From a virus (Duplodnaviria > Caudoviricetes), in the IMG/VR virus record IMGVR_UViG_3300005663_000062, positions 1 to 51,197 of that record: a DNA stretch of 51,197 bases. One strand, 5' to 3'. The notes beneath the pieces are model-generated. The model saw only the letters and a program-made list of their open reading frames with translations, was not told where the DNA came from and ran no database searches. Below are positions 33,988-44,364 of this stretch, piece by piece. How positions within the stretch are numbered: position 1 is the stretch's first letter; every line of letters starts with the position of its first letter. The translations under genes and the position numbers were made by a program.

Positions 33988-34156
33988 TCTTTTCTCCATT
34001 ATCAATATTCCATTGACGGTTAATTGCGTAAACGGCGATTATTAAAACACAACCACATACTGCAAGCTCGATATAAGTTTCTGGCCTATAAGCTACTAAT
34101 GCTGTTATCGCAGTAATCGCTATGCCTTTTTTTCTGGATTCAACTGTCTTTTCCAT
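33941..34156 (-). CDS. small two-TM membrane protein (holin-like)
   Basis: ESRKKGIAITAITALV...VLIIAVYAI; AAGGAG RBS. Confidence 0.55.
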   Translation of the reverse strand: MEKTVESRKKGIAITAITALVAYRPETYIELAVCGCVLIIAVYAINRQWNIDNGEKNEENNDNLIGGVSTE

Positions 34157-34281
34157 GTTTTCTCCTTATTCTTTCGTCCAGCCAATGATAGCGTTCGTTG
34201 AGTTTGGCGTATTTCGTCATACTCATATCAGTGCCGTCGCTCATAGCTTCTGTTAGTGTCTCGGCGATTCGGTGGCGCTCG

Positions 34282-34521
34282 TCAATCATCTGTTGCAGAG
34301 TCATTCGTTTCATTAGTCAAGACTTGCTCGATTAATTTATATCGCTTTTCGTCTTCTGCGCAAAGAAAGCAATGGTCGTGGAAATATTCGTGGTCATGCT
34401 GATGTTTTGGGTGATGCTTCTCGATAAATTCTCTCAGCCTCTTGTTCTCGGCTTGGAGGTCTTTATATTTCTGTTTAAGCTCCATTGCTGCCAATATTCC
34501 TGTTGCCATATCATTTGTCAT
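34282..34521 (-). CDS. hypothetical protein (His-rich, CxxC)
   Basis: HHPKHQHDHEYFHDHCFLC. Confidence 0.55.
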   Translation of the reverse strand: MTNDMATGILAAMELKQKYKDLQAENKRLREFIEKHHPKHQHDHEYFHDHCFLCAEDEKRYKLIEQVLTNETNDSATDD

Positions 34522-34703
34522 TTTCTTTCCTCATAATCTTTCAATTGTTTTTGTGCCCACAACGCTCTTGTAACGTATAGTCTGTACTCAGCTTGCTTTG
34601 CAGGTGAAATCTTGATGTCGGGGACGGGATTGATGCGGATGCGATTGTCGGTACAGCCTGTGAGAAATACGATACAGATTAGTAGTAACCATTTCATATT
34701 CAT
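34518..34703 (-). CDS. small lipoprotein
   Basis: GGAGGA RBS; MNMKWLLLICIVFLTG-C lipobox. Confidence 0.7.
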   Translation of the reverse strand: MNMKWLLLICIVFLTGCTDNRIRINPVPDIKISPAKQAEYRLYVTRALWAQKQLKDYEERK

Positions 34704-34721
34704 ATCCTCCAATTTCACAGC

Positions 34722-34750
34722 ATTATACCATGAACAGGAAAGTATGTCAA
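34722..34750 (-). promoter_or_regulatory. consensus sigma70 promoter (extended -10)
   Basis: TTGACA-N17-TATAAT with TG at -15/-14. Confidence 0.8.
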
Positions 34751-34751
34751 A

Positions 34752-34973
34752 CTATTTCTTGACCGCATCCCAAATCATATCAATTTTTTCACCCATATTA
34801 CCGACCTTTTCCTCGAATTTTATGCGATGGTCAGAGTTCAATTTAATTTCAGGCTGCATTTTAGTATTATCCTCCACCTGATGGCCTAATGAGGCATAGC
34901 CATAGATTATGCTTGCAAGAAGAGTTATAATTGCTATGGCCATTGCGCCGTACGTCTTGATGCTGTTTGTCAT
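34752..34973 (-). CDS. single-TM small protein (holin/XhlA-like position)
   Basis: N-terminal TM then coiled tail ..EKIDMIW; follows the tail genes. Confidence 0.55.
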   Translation of the reverse strand: MTNSIKTYGAMAIAIITLLASIIYGYASLGHQVEDNTKMQPEIKLNSDHRIKFEEKVGNMGEKIDMIWDAVKK

Positions 34974-34984
34974 GCTGTTTTCCT

Positions 34985-35851
34985 TTATTTAGCTGCTGCC
35001 GTTCTTGTTCCTATCGTATCGGATTCGATATGTAAACCTACTTCTGTCAGGAATGGATCGCCCGTAGGCTCTGTGCCTGTTGAGGCTATCCTTCTTACCC
35101 TGCCTTTAACTATCGCTCCCTGAACAAAACTTCCCGATGTATCGTTATCTATATGGAGTGTGAATCCGGTAAGGTCTGTTGTTGATGCGGGTATAGTCAA
35201 TTCTCCATCAATCGTAGTCGTAGCTGGATACACATCTCCAAAACCAGCTTCAGGGGGAACGTCTGCGATTGTATATTCTATTTCAAACTTAATAGTCCTG
35301 TCATCTACATTACTTCCATTTAATGCACCATGAATGTGAAACTCAATCAAAGCAGCATTCTTATAAGAATGAGCGAGTTCAGTAGAGAACTCCTGAAAGT
35401 CATTCAAGTCATAAGCGTAGGCGTTAAGATTGCCAACGAAGCTATCCCACGAAGGTGCGTTTGCCGCCGGTACTCTCGCACTGGATAGAGGAACGACTAA
35501 ATCATTAAACACAGTTGCAGCACCATTCATTACATAAGTGCCGTCAGCTTCAAAATGAGAATAATCTACTGCTCCACCGAACCATGCTTCTCCTTGCACT
35601 TCCAAATTCTTTTCAATAAGTAAATGGCCGCCGGAATCACTTACATGGTTAGCCGAAATCGTTGTCGTACTAATTATGTTTAAAGCAGTTGTCGTTACGC
35701 CCGGTGCGGCAGGTGCTATAGTACCCGGAAAACCTATTATATGTAATCGGTCAACAGAAGAAAGAATACCATCCGGCACAGGGGCAACGACAAGAAACAT
35801 CAAGCTCATGCCAAGCATTGACCGCCTTTTTGTCTCAGTATCTATTGCCAT
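34985..35851 (-). CDS. tail fibre/virion protein
   Basis: MAIDT..KR.S start, YSHFEADG....G.ATV..DL, C-terminal beta-sandwich (H.YK....FHIH, HIESDTIG). Confidence 0.65.
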   Translation of the reverse strand: MAIDTETKRRSMLGMSLMFLVVAPVPDGILSSVDRLHIIGFPGTIAPAAPGVTTTALNIISTTTISANHVSDSGGHLLIEKNLEVQGEAWFGGAVDYSHFEADGTYVMNGAATVFNDLVVPLSSARVPAANAPSWDSFVGNLNAYAYDLNDFQEFSTELAHSYKNAALIEFHIHGALNGSNVDDRTIKFEIEYTIADVPPEAGFGDVYPATTTIDGELTIPASTTDLTGFTLHIDNDTSGSFVQGAIVKGRVRRIASTGTEPTGDPFLTEVGLHIESDTIGTRTAAAK

Positions 35852-36948
35852 TATCCACTCACAAACTCTTCTTTTGTCGTTGTTCCGGCAGCATCACTTA
35901 TAGTTGCCTTTGCCAAGTCTGTACTACCATCATCTTTCTTTAGAGTAATCAATGTAGCTGTGGTTTCAGTTTTATTTCTAAACGCTTCGTATAGCCAGTT
36001 AAGAGCAACGGGCAGGCTTGCTGTTACTGAAGGAGCGCCTGTAGCTAAATCGCTCATCACTATCTTATTAAGAGCATCTGACTTTACAGCATCCGTAGTA
36101 ATAGAGTCAGTAGCAAAATGCTCGGCACTAAAAGCATTGTCCGCTATCTTTGCGGCGGTGATAGCATCAGCACCCAGCGTTACACCAGCTGTTACTGAAG
36201 CAACCGAACCATCTACATTTCCAGTAACAGTACCAGCATTCGTTACTCCAGCTATTGTATCGCCTACAACTACGTAATCCGCACTAACTATTGTCCTTGC
36301 GTTAAACTCTGCAACTGTCGGAATATCAGCTATATCCGCACTTATGGTTGCACCAACGGCAGCACCTAAGACGCTCGCAAGGGCAGCACTATCAGTTCCC
36401 ACCATTACATCTGAAGCAACTAAAAGAGGAGTAGCAACATCAAACAACTTCTTGAACGCAGCGGCAAGCTGACCCGCCGTTTCTGTAAGAGCCGAACCGT
36501 GAATAAATGTAAGGTCAGATTCAACAGCCCCATTAGCTATGTTGATAGAAGACAAAATAGTATCATTATCAGCAGATTGAGCCACAGAAGCTGTATCTAA
36601 ATCAAAGGCATGTTGAGCAGAAGCATTCCCATAAGTCTCAATAACCAAAGACTTATCAAGAAACGCCTTTGTTGCTTGGTCAACAAGATAGACAACTACT
36701 CTCGCTGCCTGCATATCTTCAAGGGCAAGAGTTATAGAATAAGCTCTCCCTTCGTCTGTAACGAGAGTAGATAAATCAGCGTTACCAGCGGCATTAGTTA
36801 CCTGTTCTTCAGCAGCCTCGTCTCGCATCATAAAGACATCGCCAGCGGCAGGAGTCCAGTCAGTTCTGAAATCAACACCGTCAACTTCGTAAAGTTCAAA
36901 ATCTACCGTTGCTGCTACTCCGTATTTTCTTAGATGGACACCTTGCAT
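35851..36948 (-). CDS. virion/tail-fibre protein with AITAAKIA-type repeats
   Basis: A/T/D/V-rich; DAITAAKIADNAFSAEHFATDSITTDAV 10-aa periodicity. Confidence 0.65.
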   Translation of the reverse strand: MQGVHLRKYGVAATVDFELYEVDGVDFRTDWTPAAGDVFMMRDEAAEEQVTNAAGNADLSTLVTDEGRAYSITLALEDMQAARVVVYLVDQATKAFLDKSLVIETYGNASAQHAFDLDTASVAQSADNDTILSSINIANGAVESDLTFIHGSALTETAGQLAAAFKKLFDVATPLLVASDVMVGTDSAALASVLGAAVGATISADIADIPTVAEFNARTIVSADYVVVGDTIAGVTNAGTVTGNVDGSVASVTAGVTLGADAITAAKIADNAFSAEHFATDSITTDAVKSDALNKIVMSDLATGAPSVTASLPVALNWLYEAFRNKTETTATLITLKKDDGSTDLAKATISDAAGTTTKEEFVSG

Positions 36949-37785
36949 TTAGCATCCCTCCCTTCTTCTTCTTAATATTGGTATTCCTGTTGGCGGTGCT
37001 GCGGCCTCAAACCCACCTAACAGCATCCTGTTCGGGTCTTTGAACATTATGAGCGGCTCTCGGAAGAGTGAAACAATTTCAGATTGGGTGAGAACCCGGT
37101 TGTACGCAGAAAATATCTCAAGACCAGCATTTAAAAAGAGGTCATTTCCATTTCTTCGACCAATAGAAAGACCAGTAACACTATCGGTAAAAGGAGTATC
37201 TGTTCCTGATTGCAATACACCGTTTAGATATGCTTTTCCTGTTGAGCCGGATACCCCGGCATAAGTGTATACAAAGTTATAAAGTACACCCGCTGATAAT
37301 GCCGTAGAACTTGCACGACTATCACCCCAGGTAGCACCTCCGGTAAAAACCCCCGCCTTTATCTCCCCATCATTTACTAAACTCAACGTAGTTCTACTTA
37401 CGGCAGCTGTTATAGTATTTGCAAATATTTGTTGTTGGGCAGCAACCGTATCAGCTATAAACCAGAACGAAAGTGAGAAATCGTTACCAGCAGCAATTTC
37501 AGGAATGGCAGAAGCAAAAGAGATATATTCATTAGTTCCGGGTAAATCTACTGCGCTTCCAAGTTGTCCAACCCGCCACGAAGGAGCAGTACCCTGAAGA
37601 GTTCCCGTCTTGCCGTTGCCGCTCAAATCAGTAATGATATTGCCTGCGGAAGCATTCATCAGCCAGAAGCAGATGAGACCTTGAGTTGACCAGTGGCGAC
37701 GGTCTATGCCGTACCGTTGGGTGTATTCAAACGGAAACTTCTCGTTTGGATTGTATATTCGAGTATTTGGTACTATTATGCTCAT
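36949..37785 (-). CDS. LamG/concanavalin-A-like virion protein
   Basis: GLICFWLMN...DLSGNG..GTL, FSLSFWF, YLNGV, YNRVLT.SEI. Confidence 0.85.
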   Translation of the reverse strand: MSIIVPNTRIYNPNEKFPFEYTQRYGIDRRHWSTQGLICFWLMNASAGNIITDLSGNGKTGTLQGTAPSWRVGQLGSAVDLPGTNEYISFASAIPEIAAGNDFSLSFWFIADTVAAQQQIFANTITAAVSRTTLSLVNDGEIKAGVFTGGATWGDSRASSTALSAGVLYNFVYTYAGVSGSTGKAYLNGVLQSGTDTPFTDSVTGLSIGRRNGNDLFLNAGLEIFSAYNRVLTQSEIVSLFREPLIMFKDPNRMLLGGFEAAAPPTGIPILRRRREGC

Positions 37786-38255
37786 TATGGTAAATTCAGA
37801 ATATACGTTCTATACGCGAGTATATTTACAGTAGCGCCTAATGTCTGCCCTGTCGTATTGCGGAAACCGAGTTTCCACCTGCCCGGTGGTATCGGTATCA
37901 TAGATTTCACGGCAGTCTTGACCTCTGCTGCAGTATCCACTCTCAATCCCATAATAGCAATGACTTTGTCCTGAGTCGGTATGTCCGTATCTGCACTTAC
38001 ACCATCTTCGTTAGTATCGAAGTCCGTACCGCCGTCAACGCTTTCAAACATATAAATCGTGATAGATGGATTTGTCTGCGCAGATAAGTCAAGAGACGAG
38101 AGGGTTACTTCCAGATCCATGTGAGTTGCAAGATTCGTCTCGTTATTGACTTCTGCCGAGACCTTAATTACATTATTTGCGAGAGCATTAAGTTCTGTAG
38201 TGAGCAGGTTCGTTAACGCTACCGTTGGGGCTTTCCATTTGAAATCAGATGCCAT
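37785..38255 (-). CDS. virion structural protein (beta-sandwich)
   Basis: ELNALAN, S.DGGT.F, IPIPPG.WK....N.TGQ.L; typical partner upstream of LamG tail genes. Confidence 0.6.
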   Translation of the reverse strand: MASDFKWKAPTVALTNLLTTELNALANNVIKVSAEVNNETNLATHMDLEVTLSSLDLSAQTNPSITIYMFESVDGGTDFDTNEDGVSADTDIPTQDKVIAIMGLRVDTAAEVKTAVKSMIPIPPGRWKLGFRNTTGQTLGATVNILAYRTYILNLP

Positions 38256-38266
38256 TATTTATCTCC

Positions 38267-38629
38267 TTACGGAACATCGGCTTCAAAGCCTATCCATTCT
38301 AAAGTTATCTTTTTTTCGTCCACTATTTCAGTTAAAAGGTCACCATACCTTGTCTCTATCGTAGCTTTTCGCTGAGCATCGTCTAACTGTACCGAACTAA
38401 ACTGCACTGTCCTGACAGCCTCAAACAGAGTACCGGCTTTCAATGCCGTGTCTTCCGGCACTGAGATGTTAGGTAAGACCGAAGCTATATTTGCAGAACC
38501 TCCTAACTCCAATACAAGAGCGTCTTTCCATTCAATGCTTGCTTTATTTGTGCCAGCAGGTATTGGAATATGGAAAGCCACGTTTATAGTTTTTCGTTTT
38601 TCCTGTTGTTTTAATATGTGGTAGTTCAT
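38267..38629 (-). CDS. hypothetical virion-associated protein
   Basis: NYHIL...V.FHIPIP.G.N.A...W pattern within the tail cluster. Confidence 0.55.
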   Translation of the reverse strand: MNYHILKQQEKRKTINVAFHIPIPAGTNKASIEWKDALVLELGGSANIASVLPNISVPEDTALKAGTLFEAVRTVQFSSVQLDDAQRKATIETRYGDLLTEIVDEKKITLEWIGFEADVP

Positions 38630-38633
38630 TATT

Positions 38634-38885
38634 TTACTCCGTAATTCCGCCTATCAAAAGGCGCGTTCCTGTTATAGTTCCTGTTACATCAAGCTCTGAT
38701 GTAGGGCTTGAGTTGTTTATTCCTAACCTTTTAGTTAAATCTCTCCATACTAATTCTGATTCTTTCGTAGGGAACCAAGCCAGTAAGTCGTTGTCCCAAT
38801 ACAATAAAACACCGTCAGTACCAATTACTTCAGTATCACCTCTGAAAACTTTTACCCCAACCGGACTATATCTGTCTCTATACAT
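38634..38885 (-). CDS. small tail-fibre-like protein
   Basis: RLGINNSSPTSELDVTG repeat unit; TAATG-coupled start MYRDRY. Confidence 0.55.
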   Translation of the reverse strand: MYRDRYSPVGVKVFRGDTEVIGTDGVLLYWDNDLLAWFPTKESELVWRDLTKRLGINNSSPTSELDVTGTITGTRLLIGGITE

Positions 38886-39475
38886 TACCAAACTCCATAC
38901 CACACTGCCACGTTTCCCGCTTCGGTTCCAGTTGAGCCGTCAGCATCGGTTATTTCTACTTTCCAAAAACGATATCCGGCGTCATCGAGCCATACACTTG
39001 CCACTGACTCGAATTTGCCTACGTCGGTCGCTTCTACTTCTTTAGGCCAGTTCTCGTCTGTGACTACGAGCGTATTGGCCCAGAACTTATTCGTAGCGGC
39101 CACCGGAGCGCTGTCATTGAAGCCAGGGACGGTAGGATACGTTATAACGGCCTGAGTACCCAATATGGCCGTTCCCACGGCTGCGAGGCGTGCTGGCCCC
39201 TTTATTCGCCATGCTAAGATACGATAACCAAAAGTCTTATTAGCCGCACTGCCACCGGTGAACATGAACTCGATACCATTAGCTTTCATCTGGCCGGTCG
39301 TATCCTCTTCGGTACCTTCCGGTCGGTGCAGGTCTATGACACCTATGCCCGTAGTGCCAAGTATTGCCGGGCGGTTCGGATAGTCGCCTTTCGTAGCCAG
39401 GTCGAGCAGTGCAGCGTCTTCGTTAGCCTCATTTCTGGCTATTCTTAAATTTTGGGATAAGGTTGTAAGGAACAT
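38885..39475 (-). CDS. hypothetical virion protein
   Basis: 196 aa, coupled to the large internal virion gene. Confidence 0.6.
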   Translation of the reverse strand: MFLTTLSQNLRIARNEANEDAALLDLATKGDYPNRPAILGTTGIGVIDLHRPEGTEEDTTGQMKANGIEFMFTGGSAANKTFGYRILAWRIKGPARLAAVGTAILGTQAVITYPTVPGFNDSAPVAATNKFWANTLVVTDENWPKEVEATDVGKFESVASVWLDDAGYRFWKVEITDADGSTGTEAGNVAVWYGVW

Positions 39476-42400
39476 TACAATCTACTCTCCGTAGTTGACA
39501 TTATTATTTCAAACATAGAAAATCTGGTTCTTCTTATTTCAGCACTTCCAGTCTCCTTCGCTATATCCGCCAACTTGTTTGCTTGAGTTGCAAATCTGTT
39601 CAGTGTAGTTAACTGCTGCTCTTCTTCTCTGGTCAGTCTTTTCTTTTTAGACTTCTTTTGCAATTCGTTTCTTTTCTCGTATAAAGCAAAGACTCTCTCA
39701 GAAAACTTTCTTGGACTCTCCACGTCACCGAATGTAACTTCACGGATAATCTTAATCTTACTATCAGCTAATAATGGTCTTAAGAACTCCTGTACCGGCG
39801 CTAAGAACGGCTTGCCGGCAACGCGGACGCCAAAGTTATAAGAAGTCCTTATAGCTCTCTCTATATCGTTTTGCAACTTTACCATTAACTGCTCATTGAA
39901 AGCCTTGTCCTCACTGGTAATTTCTTCTACAAATTCGTCGAGTAATCCTGAATCAATTATTACCTGCGAGATTGCTACGGCGGCATCTACTCCTGTTTCA
40001 AGGACATCTATCGCGGGAAGGTCGAAAGTATTTCTATTCCAGTTATATCCTTCACCCGTAATTCTATCAGCTATCAACTCTCCTATTCTAACAGCAAATT
40101 TACCACCTTTAGTCAGTCTGAGTATATTCTTGCCCGTATCTTTAATGATAGCTTCCGGCAGCTTTTCTCTTTCTTTCTTATCGTCGAACTTGAATATCCC
40201 TAACGCCGCAAGTGCCGCTGTTGCACCTCTTGATATTGCCCATTGCAAGCCCTTTTTCCATACTGCTACCGAAAACGCTGAAGTTATAACAGAGCCAAAA
40301 TCCTTGGTAAGTTCTTTTTTATCAGCTAATGTCTTGTTGCTTTTGGCGTAAGCATCTGTAGCCCTGATAACGATATTCTCCTGCGCCTCAAGAGCAGTTC
40401 TGAATATGGTAAGTTGTCTTTCTATGAACGCTGGATTCGATAAAGATACAGACCTGTCCAGCATATCAAACACAGGTTGAGTCCTGCGTACCACGTATTC
40501 TAATCGTCTCGCTGCTGCATATCTAAACGCTTTAGAGTCCGGGTCAGTCATCGCTGGAAGGTCTGCCACCGTTACACCTTCCCATTCAAACGGATTGACA
40601 TTCTTGCCGTTACGGGGAATTGATAGTAATTCAGGAATTACACCTTGTTTGTAAACATTTCCTATCGCAAACTTATCGCCTGTAATTAGTTTTTTCAGAG
40701 CAATATTAGACAACTTCTTTGCCTTACCGAAGATTAATGTATCAAATGCCTCGAAAGATGCGCTCGTACCAACTTCTACGCCTATCCTTCTACCTTTCCA
40801 CCTGAGAGCCATTAAAGCAGAATCCTCTTCGATACGGGCGAGAGTTTCTTTTCCAACAGGTAGCATTGGCCGTGCAAATGAATCTATCTCGGAGTAAGCC
40901 GCAGGATACGACATTGCCTGAGTGCCTATCGTACTCATCCTAAAGCCGAGAGCGGAAGTTGTTACACCTCTCTGTATCATGCCGCCAAAGACCTCCAGTG
41001 TACTCCTGCTGGTCGTTACGCCCTGTACCCTGCGTAGTATAGTTATTATATTTTGAAGCTCCTTACCCCTGCCTGCCGCATTCATGGCATTCTGGAATTG
41101 AGCATTACTCACAAGTATTCTTGCATTTCTCAGTGGTATCGCCATTTCCAGTGAAGCGTCAGATTCTAAGCCACTCAAGAAGTCGTCAGACCATTTTTCC
41201 AGTCTAAGCGGCTTTGTCCCGCCTGTCCTTGGCAAGTATTGGCCTTGTAATTCAGGAGGTACGGATATGTCTTTACCACCTTCGACTATTCTGGGCAATA
41301 CCCTTGGACGTGATGTATAGGTTGGCTCTCTGGCAATAGGAAACCCATTCAGCCTTTGTGTTGTTTCATTAATTGCTTTTGCTCTTTCGAGATTCAGTTT
41401 GTTAGTCCAGTCAGCGATACCTTTTAATACCGGGTCTTCTCTTACAATCTTCAATGCTTCGCTTAGTTCTGCAAGCCTGTCAACCTTATCGTTTCCTTGG
41501 GCATCTAAAGGATAAAATATGTTTTCACCTGCTACCTGCCATCCTTCGGCAGTTAGTATAGCTCTCAGGTTGTCGGGACTTCGTGAATGTAATTCCAGCT
41601 TGATAAGGAAGTCTTTCTCGACTTTTATCTTTTTACCGGCGAGAGTTATCGTTACTTTCTCTTTAATCTGGTCGGTATCTTTGAATCCAATCCTCTCGAA
41701 TTCTTCAGCAGACTCGTTTATCCAGCCACGTAATCTATCAGCGGCCTTTCTATGTCCTTCGTGAAGGTCGGTGTCGAGAATCTGTTTCGTCACAGGACTA
41801 TTAGGATTCGTTGCTAACTGTACCAAAGTATCCAAATGAGCATCGTCAAGGAACAATACACCCTTACCGAATTCGGCAGTCTTTTGGAGTTTTCCTTTCT
41901 GGACATCAATAGGTTTGCCAGCCTCTATCTTGCCAGCCTTGCGCCTCGCCGCACTGGTAGTTGCTATTTCGTTTTCAGTGACAGTTTTTATTGCACCCTC
42001 AAGCGGCTTGAATCCTTCTTTGGTTAGGAGTTGCCCTTTGAGTTTGGCGTTGTTTGCCAACTGCTGCAGCGACTGAGTAACCAGTTTAATATCATCGGTA
42101 TCAATCTCATCGACATTCTTCTGGGTAAGAACATTCAACTGTCTGACTCTTTCGTTGGGAAGTCTTAGAGCCGCTTCTGTATCGGCATCTAAAGTTTCAA
42201 GACCGCCTGCCAATTCAGAGGACAGTCTCTGAGTTACCTGCTGTAAGGATTTCAAGTCTGCGCCTAATAGTTGTTCTCGTCCACGGCGAGCCTTGACATC
42301 TAATTCGCCGAATGTTTTTACCCCTTCAATGGGTTGCTTAGAGATTTTCTTCGTACTTATCTCGTCGATAATATCTATCATCTTCTCTCGCTGTGGAGAT

Positions 42401-44364
42401 GGTATCTTGCCTAATCTGACTTTACCAAGTCGGTTATCAGATTCCAGTTTCTTGATAGTAGAACGCAAATCACCTACTGCAAGTTTACGGTCGAACTTCT
42501 CAACTCCGGCCTCGACCTCATCCATAAGTTTCCTGACACCCTTAATAGTCTTGACGGCATTGGCACGCTTAATAAAGCCAGCCCTCAACTCTCTGGGAAT
42601 AGCAGTAATCATAGAGATGGCATCATTGCGTAGGAACTCTTTGAATTCAGTCGCTTGGCGTATCTTGGCTATCTTAGCTTTTGCACCCTCGATAGTCTTT
42701 TCAAGCCTTACGCCCGCACGTTCTTTCATCTTGGCAAGAGCCTCTTCCTTTTTCGCAATCTCTACTGCGGTCGCCTTGGCGAGAGCAACCTTCTTATCTG
42801 CTTGTTGCTGTTTCAGTTGCGTCTTTAGCGTAGCTATCTTCTTTTCGGACGACTGGATTGACCTTCTTACTTTCGGGTCAACTATTATCTTGGTCGCAGG
42901 AGTTTCCGGCCCGCCTTTGAATGTTATACCAAATGGCCCCGCCTCTTCAGGTGATACTATCTTGGCAGGTATCACAGCAGCGACTTTCGGAGCTTTAGTT
43001 GTTAATGCTTTAGCGGCAGCGAGAGCGGCGGCTTCTTTCTTGACTACTGCTTTAACCACTTTCTTGACAGGTTCTATTTCAGCAGCACCAATACGGAAAC
43101 CAGCAGGAGTAATTCTTCTGGCAGGTGCGATAGGTGGTTTAATCTCTAACGCAAGCAATTCGTTTGCTTCGGCTACCTTTAATATCTCCACCCATTCCTG
43201 TTGACTTACCTGTGGAATTTCTTTGTGAAGTTTTGCGGCTCGTAATTGTCTGGGGACACCCTTTACTAACGCTATTGCCTTCGATAAAACAGCAGCAGTC
43301 AACGCAGCTATCCCTGTAGTTACTACAACAGATTTTATTCTATCCTCAAGCGTCTCTCCAACTTCAGGAGCTTTCAATATCTCTAATAAGCCTGCCCTTG
43401 CACCTACGCCTATAGCAGCCTTGGCTGTTTTAGATAACCCGGAAAAGACTCTCAATTTGGAAGGGTCGGGCAATAGAACAAACTTTATTAACTCAGCAGA
43501 AACGCCACCTGATTCAAGTGCTATTCGTGTCATTATCTTAGGGTCTTCAGTAGCTATCATCTCTCTCATTCTTGCTACTGTGCGGATATAGATAGACTCA
43601 GAACCTTTAGGTAAATCAAGTAATGCCTCGGCAGGACTCAATCCTTTACGAGACACAAACTCTGGAAGGTTTCCCGCAAGAGTATTAAAGAAGTCGGTTC
43701 CTAAGAGTATTGTTAAAGGTCTGTCGCCAACAAACTTTATAACTTCCGGTAATAGTTCCTTTATCTTTATCTCGTCCTCAACTGCTCTTAGCATTCCTTC
43801 GTCGAAGTCGAGAGGATTACTTCCTATCGTACTCCTGATTGTCTTTAGGTCTTCGATTGAAGTAGCCTTAATAATATCAGTCATCTCAGGTTTTATTGTT
43901 ATCGCCCTGGCTGGCTCGTCAGGGTCAGTAATCTCCATATCTATAGGTACTAATGCTTCAAGAGGGTCTTTGCTTTTCGGTCTCTCTATGCCTAAAAAGT
44001 CTTTCGTTGCCGTAACTTGCTGCCTGCCTTCCAATCTTATCTGTTCGGAAAGAGTTGGTACTTTAACACCGCCGACAATTCCCATCTGGTCTAATACGTG
44101 TCTCGGTAGTTTCTGTCCTGCGGAACGCCACCAACTATCCAATCTTCTCTGCTGCTCGAATACGTCGGGAGGTATGAGGTCATTTACTCCAATAGAGTTC
44201 TGTAATTCCTTATTAGCTTGCTCAACCCTATCAGAAGTCCATGCCGCCCTGTTAAGTTTGTCCTGAACGCCGATTGGTTTTATCCAAGACAGGCTGGGCG
44301 GAGGTGCGAGCGTAAGCGTTGACTCGCCCAAAAATGTATTCAATTGTGCTTCGGTTGTCGTCAT
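39475..44364 (-). CDS. large internal virion / DNA ejection protein (T7 gp16 position)
   Basis: 1629 aa, helical, VVRRTQP motif near the C-terminus; last of the internal-protein series. Confidence 0.7.
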   Translation of the reverse strand: MTTTEAQLNTFLGESTLTLAPPPSLSWIKPIGVQDKLNRAAWTSDRVEQANKELQNSIGVNDLIPPDVFEQQRRLDSWWRSAGQKLPRHVLDQMGIVGGVKVPTLSEQIRLEGRQQVTATKDFLGIERPKSKDPLEALVPIDMEITDPDEPARAITIKPEMTDIIKATSIEDLKTIRSTIGSNPLDFDEGMLRAVEDEIKIKELLPEVIKFVGDRPLTILLGTDFFNTLAGNLPEFVSRKGLSPAEALLDLPKGSESIYIRTVARMREMIATEDPKIMTRIALESGGVSAELIKFVLLPDPSKLRVFSGLSKTAKAAIGVGARAGLLEILKAPEVGETLEDRIKSVVVTTGIAALTAAVLSKAIALVKGVPRQLRAAKLHKEIPQVSQQEWVEILKVAEANELLALEIKPPIAPARRITPAGFRIGAAEIEPVKKVVKAVVKKEAAALAAAKALTTKAPKVAAVIPAKIVSPEEAGPFGITFKGGPETPATKIIVDPKVRRSIQSSEKKIATLKTQLKQQQADKKVALAKATAVEIAKKEEALAKMKERAGVRLEKTIEGAKAKIAKIRQATEFKEFLRNDAISMITAIPRELRAGFIKRANAVKTIKGVRKLMDEVEAGVEKFDRKLAVGDLRSTIKKLESDNRLGKVRLGKIPSPQREKMIDIIDEISTKKISKQPIEGVKTFGELDVKARRGREQLLGADLKSLQQVTQRLSSELAGGLETLDADTEAALRLPNERVRQLNVLTQKNVDEIDTDDIKLVTQSLQQLANNAKLKGQLLTKEGFKPLEGAIKTVTENEIATTSAARRKAGKIEAGKPIDVQKGKLQKTAEFGKGVLFLDDAHLDTLVQLATNPNSPVTKQILDTDLHEGHRKAADRLRGWINESAEEFERIGFKDTDQIKEKVTITLAGKKIKVEKDFLIKLELHSRSPDNLRAILTAEGWQVAGENIFYPLDAQGNDKVDRLAELSEALKIVREDPVLKGIADWTNKLNLERAKAINETTQRLNGFPIAREPTYTSRPRVLPRIVEGGKDISVPPELQGQYLPRTGGTKPLRLEKWSDDFLSGLESDASLEMAIPLRNARILVSNAQFQNAMNAAGRGKELQNIITILRRVQGVTTSRSTLEVFGGMIQRGVTTSALGFRMSTIGTQAMSYPAAYSEIDSFARPMLPVGKETLARIEEDSALMALRWKGRRIGVEVGTSASFEAFDTLIFGKAKKLSNIALKKLITGDKFAIGNVYKQGVIPELLSIPRNGKNVNPFEWEGVTVADLPAMTDPDSKAFRYAAARRLEYVVRRTQPVFDMLDRSVSLSNPAFIERQLTIFRTALEAQENIVIRATDAYAKSNKTLADKKELTKDFGSVITSAFSVAVWKKGLQWAISRGATAALAALGIFKFDDKKEREKLPEAIIKDTGKNILRLTKGGKFAVRIGELIADRITGEGYNWNRNTFDLPAIDVLETGVDAAVAISQVIIDSGLLDEFVEEITSEDKAFNEQLMVKLQNDIERAIRTSYNFGVRVAGKPFLAPVQEFLRPLLADSKIKIIREVTFGDVESPRKFSERVFALYEKRNELQKKSKKKRLTREEEQQLTTLNRFATQANKLADIAKETGSAEIRRTRFSMFEIIMSTTESRL

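Noticed and set aside
34985-39475. Diversity-generating retroelement, suggested by the BPP-1-like structural module
   Set aside because: No reverse transcriptase motif (YxDD in RT context), and no TR/VR pair differing at adenines was seen.
42293-43204. 303-aa plus-strand ORF
   Set aside because: Shadow of the K/A/E-rich region of the 1629-aa internal virion gene.
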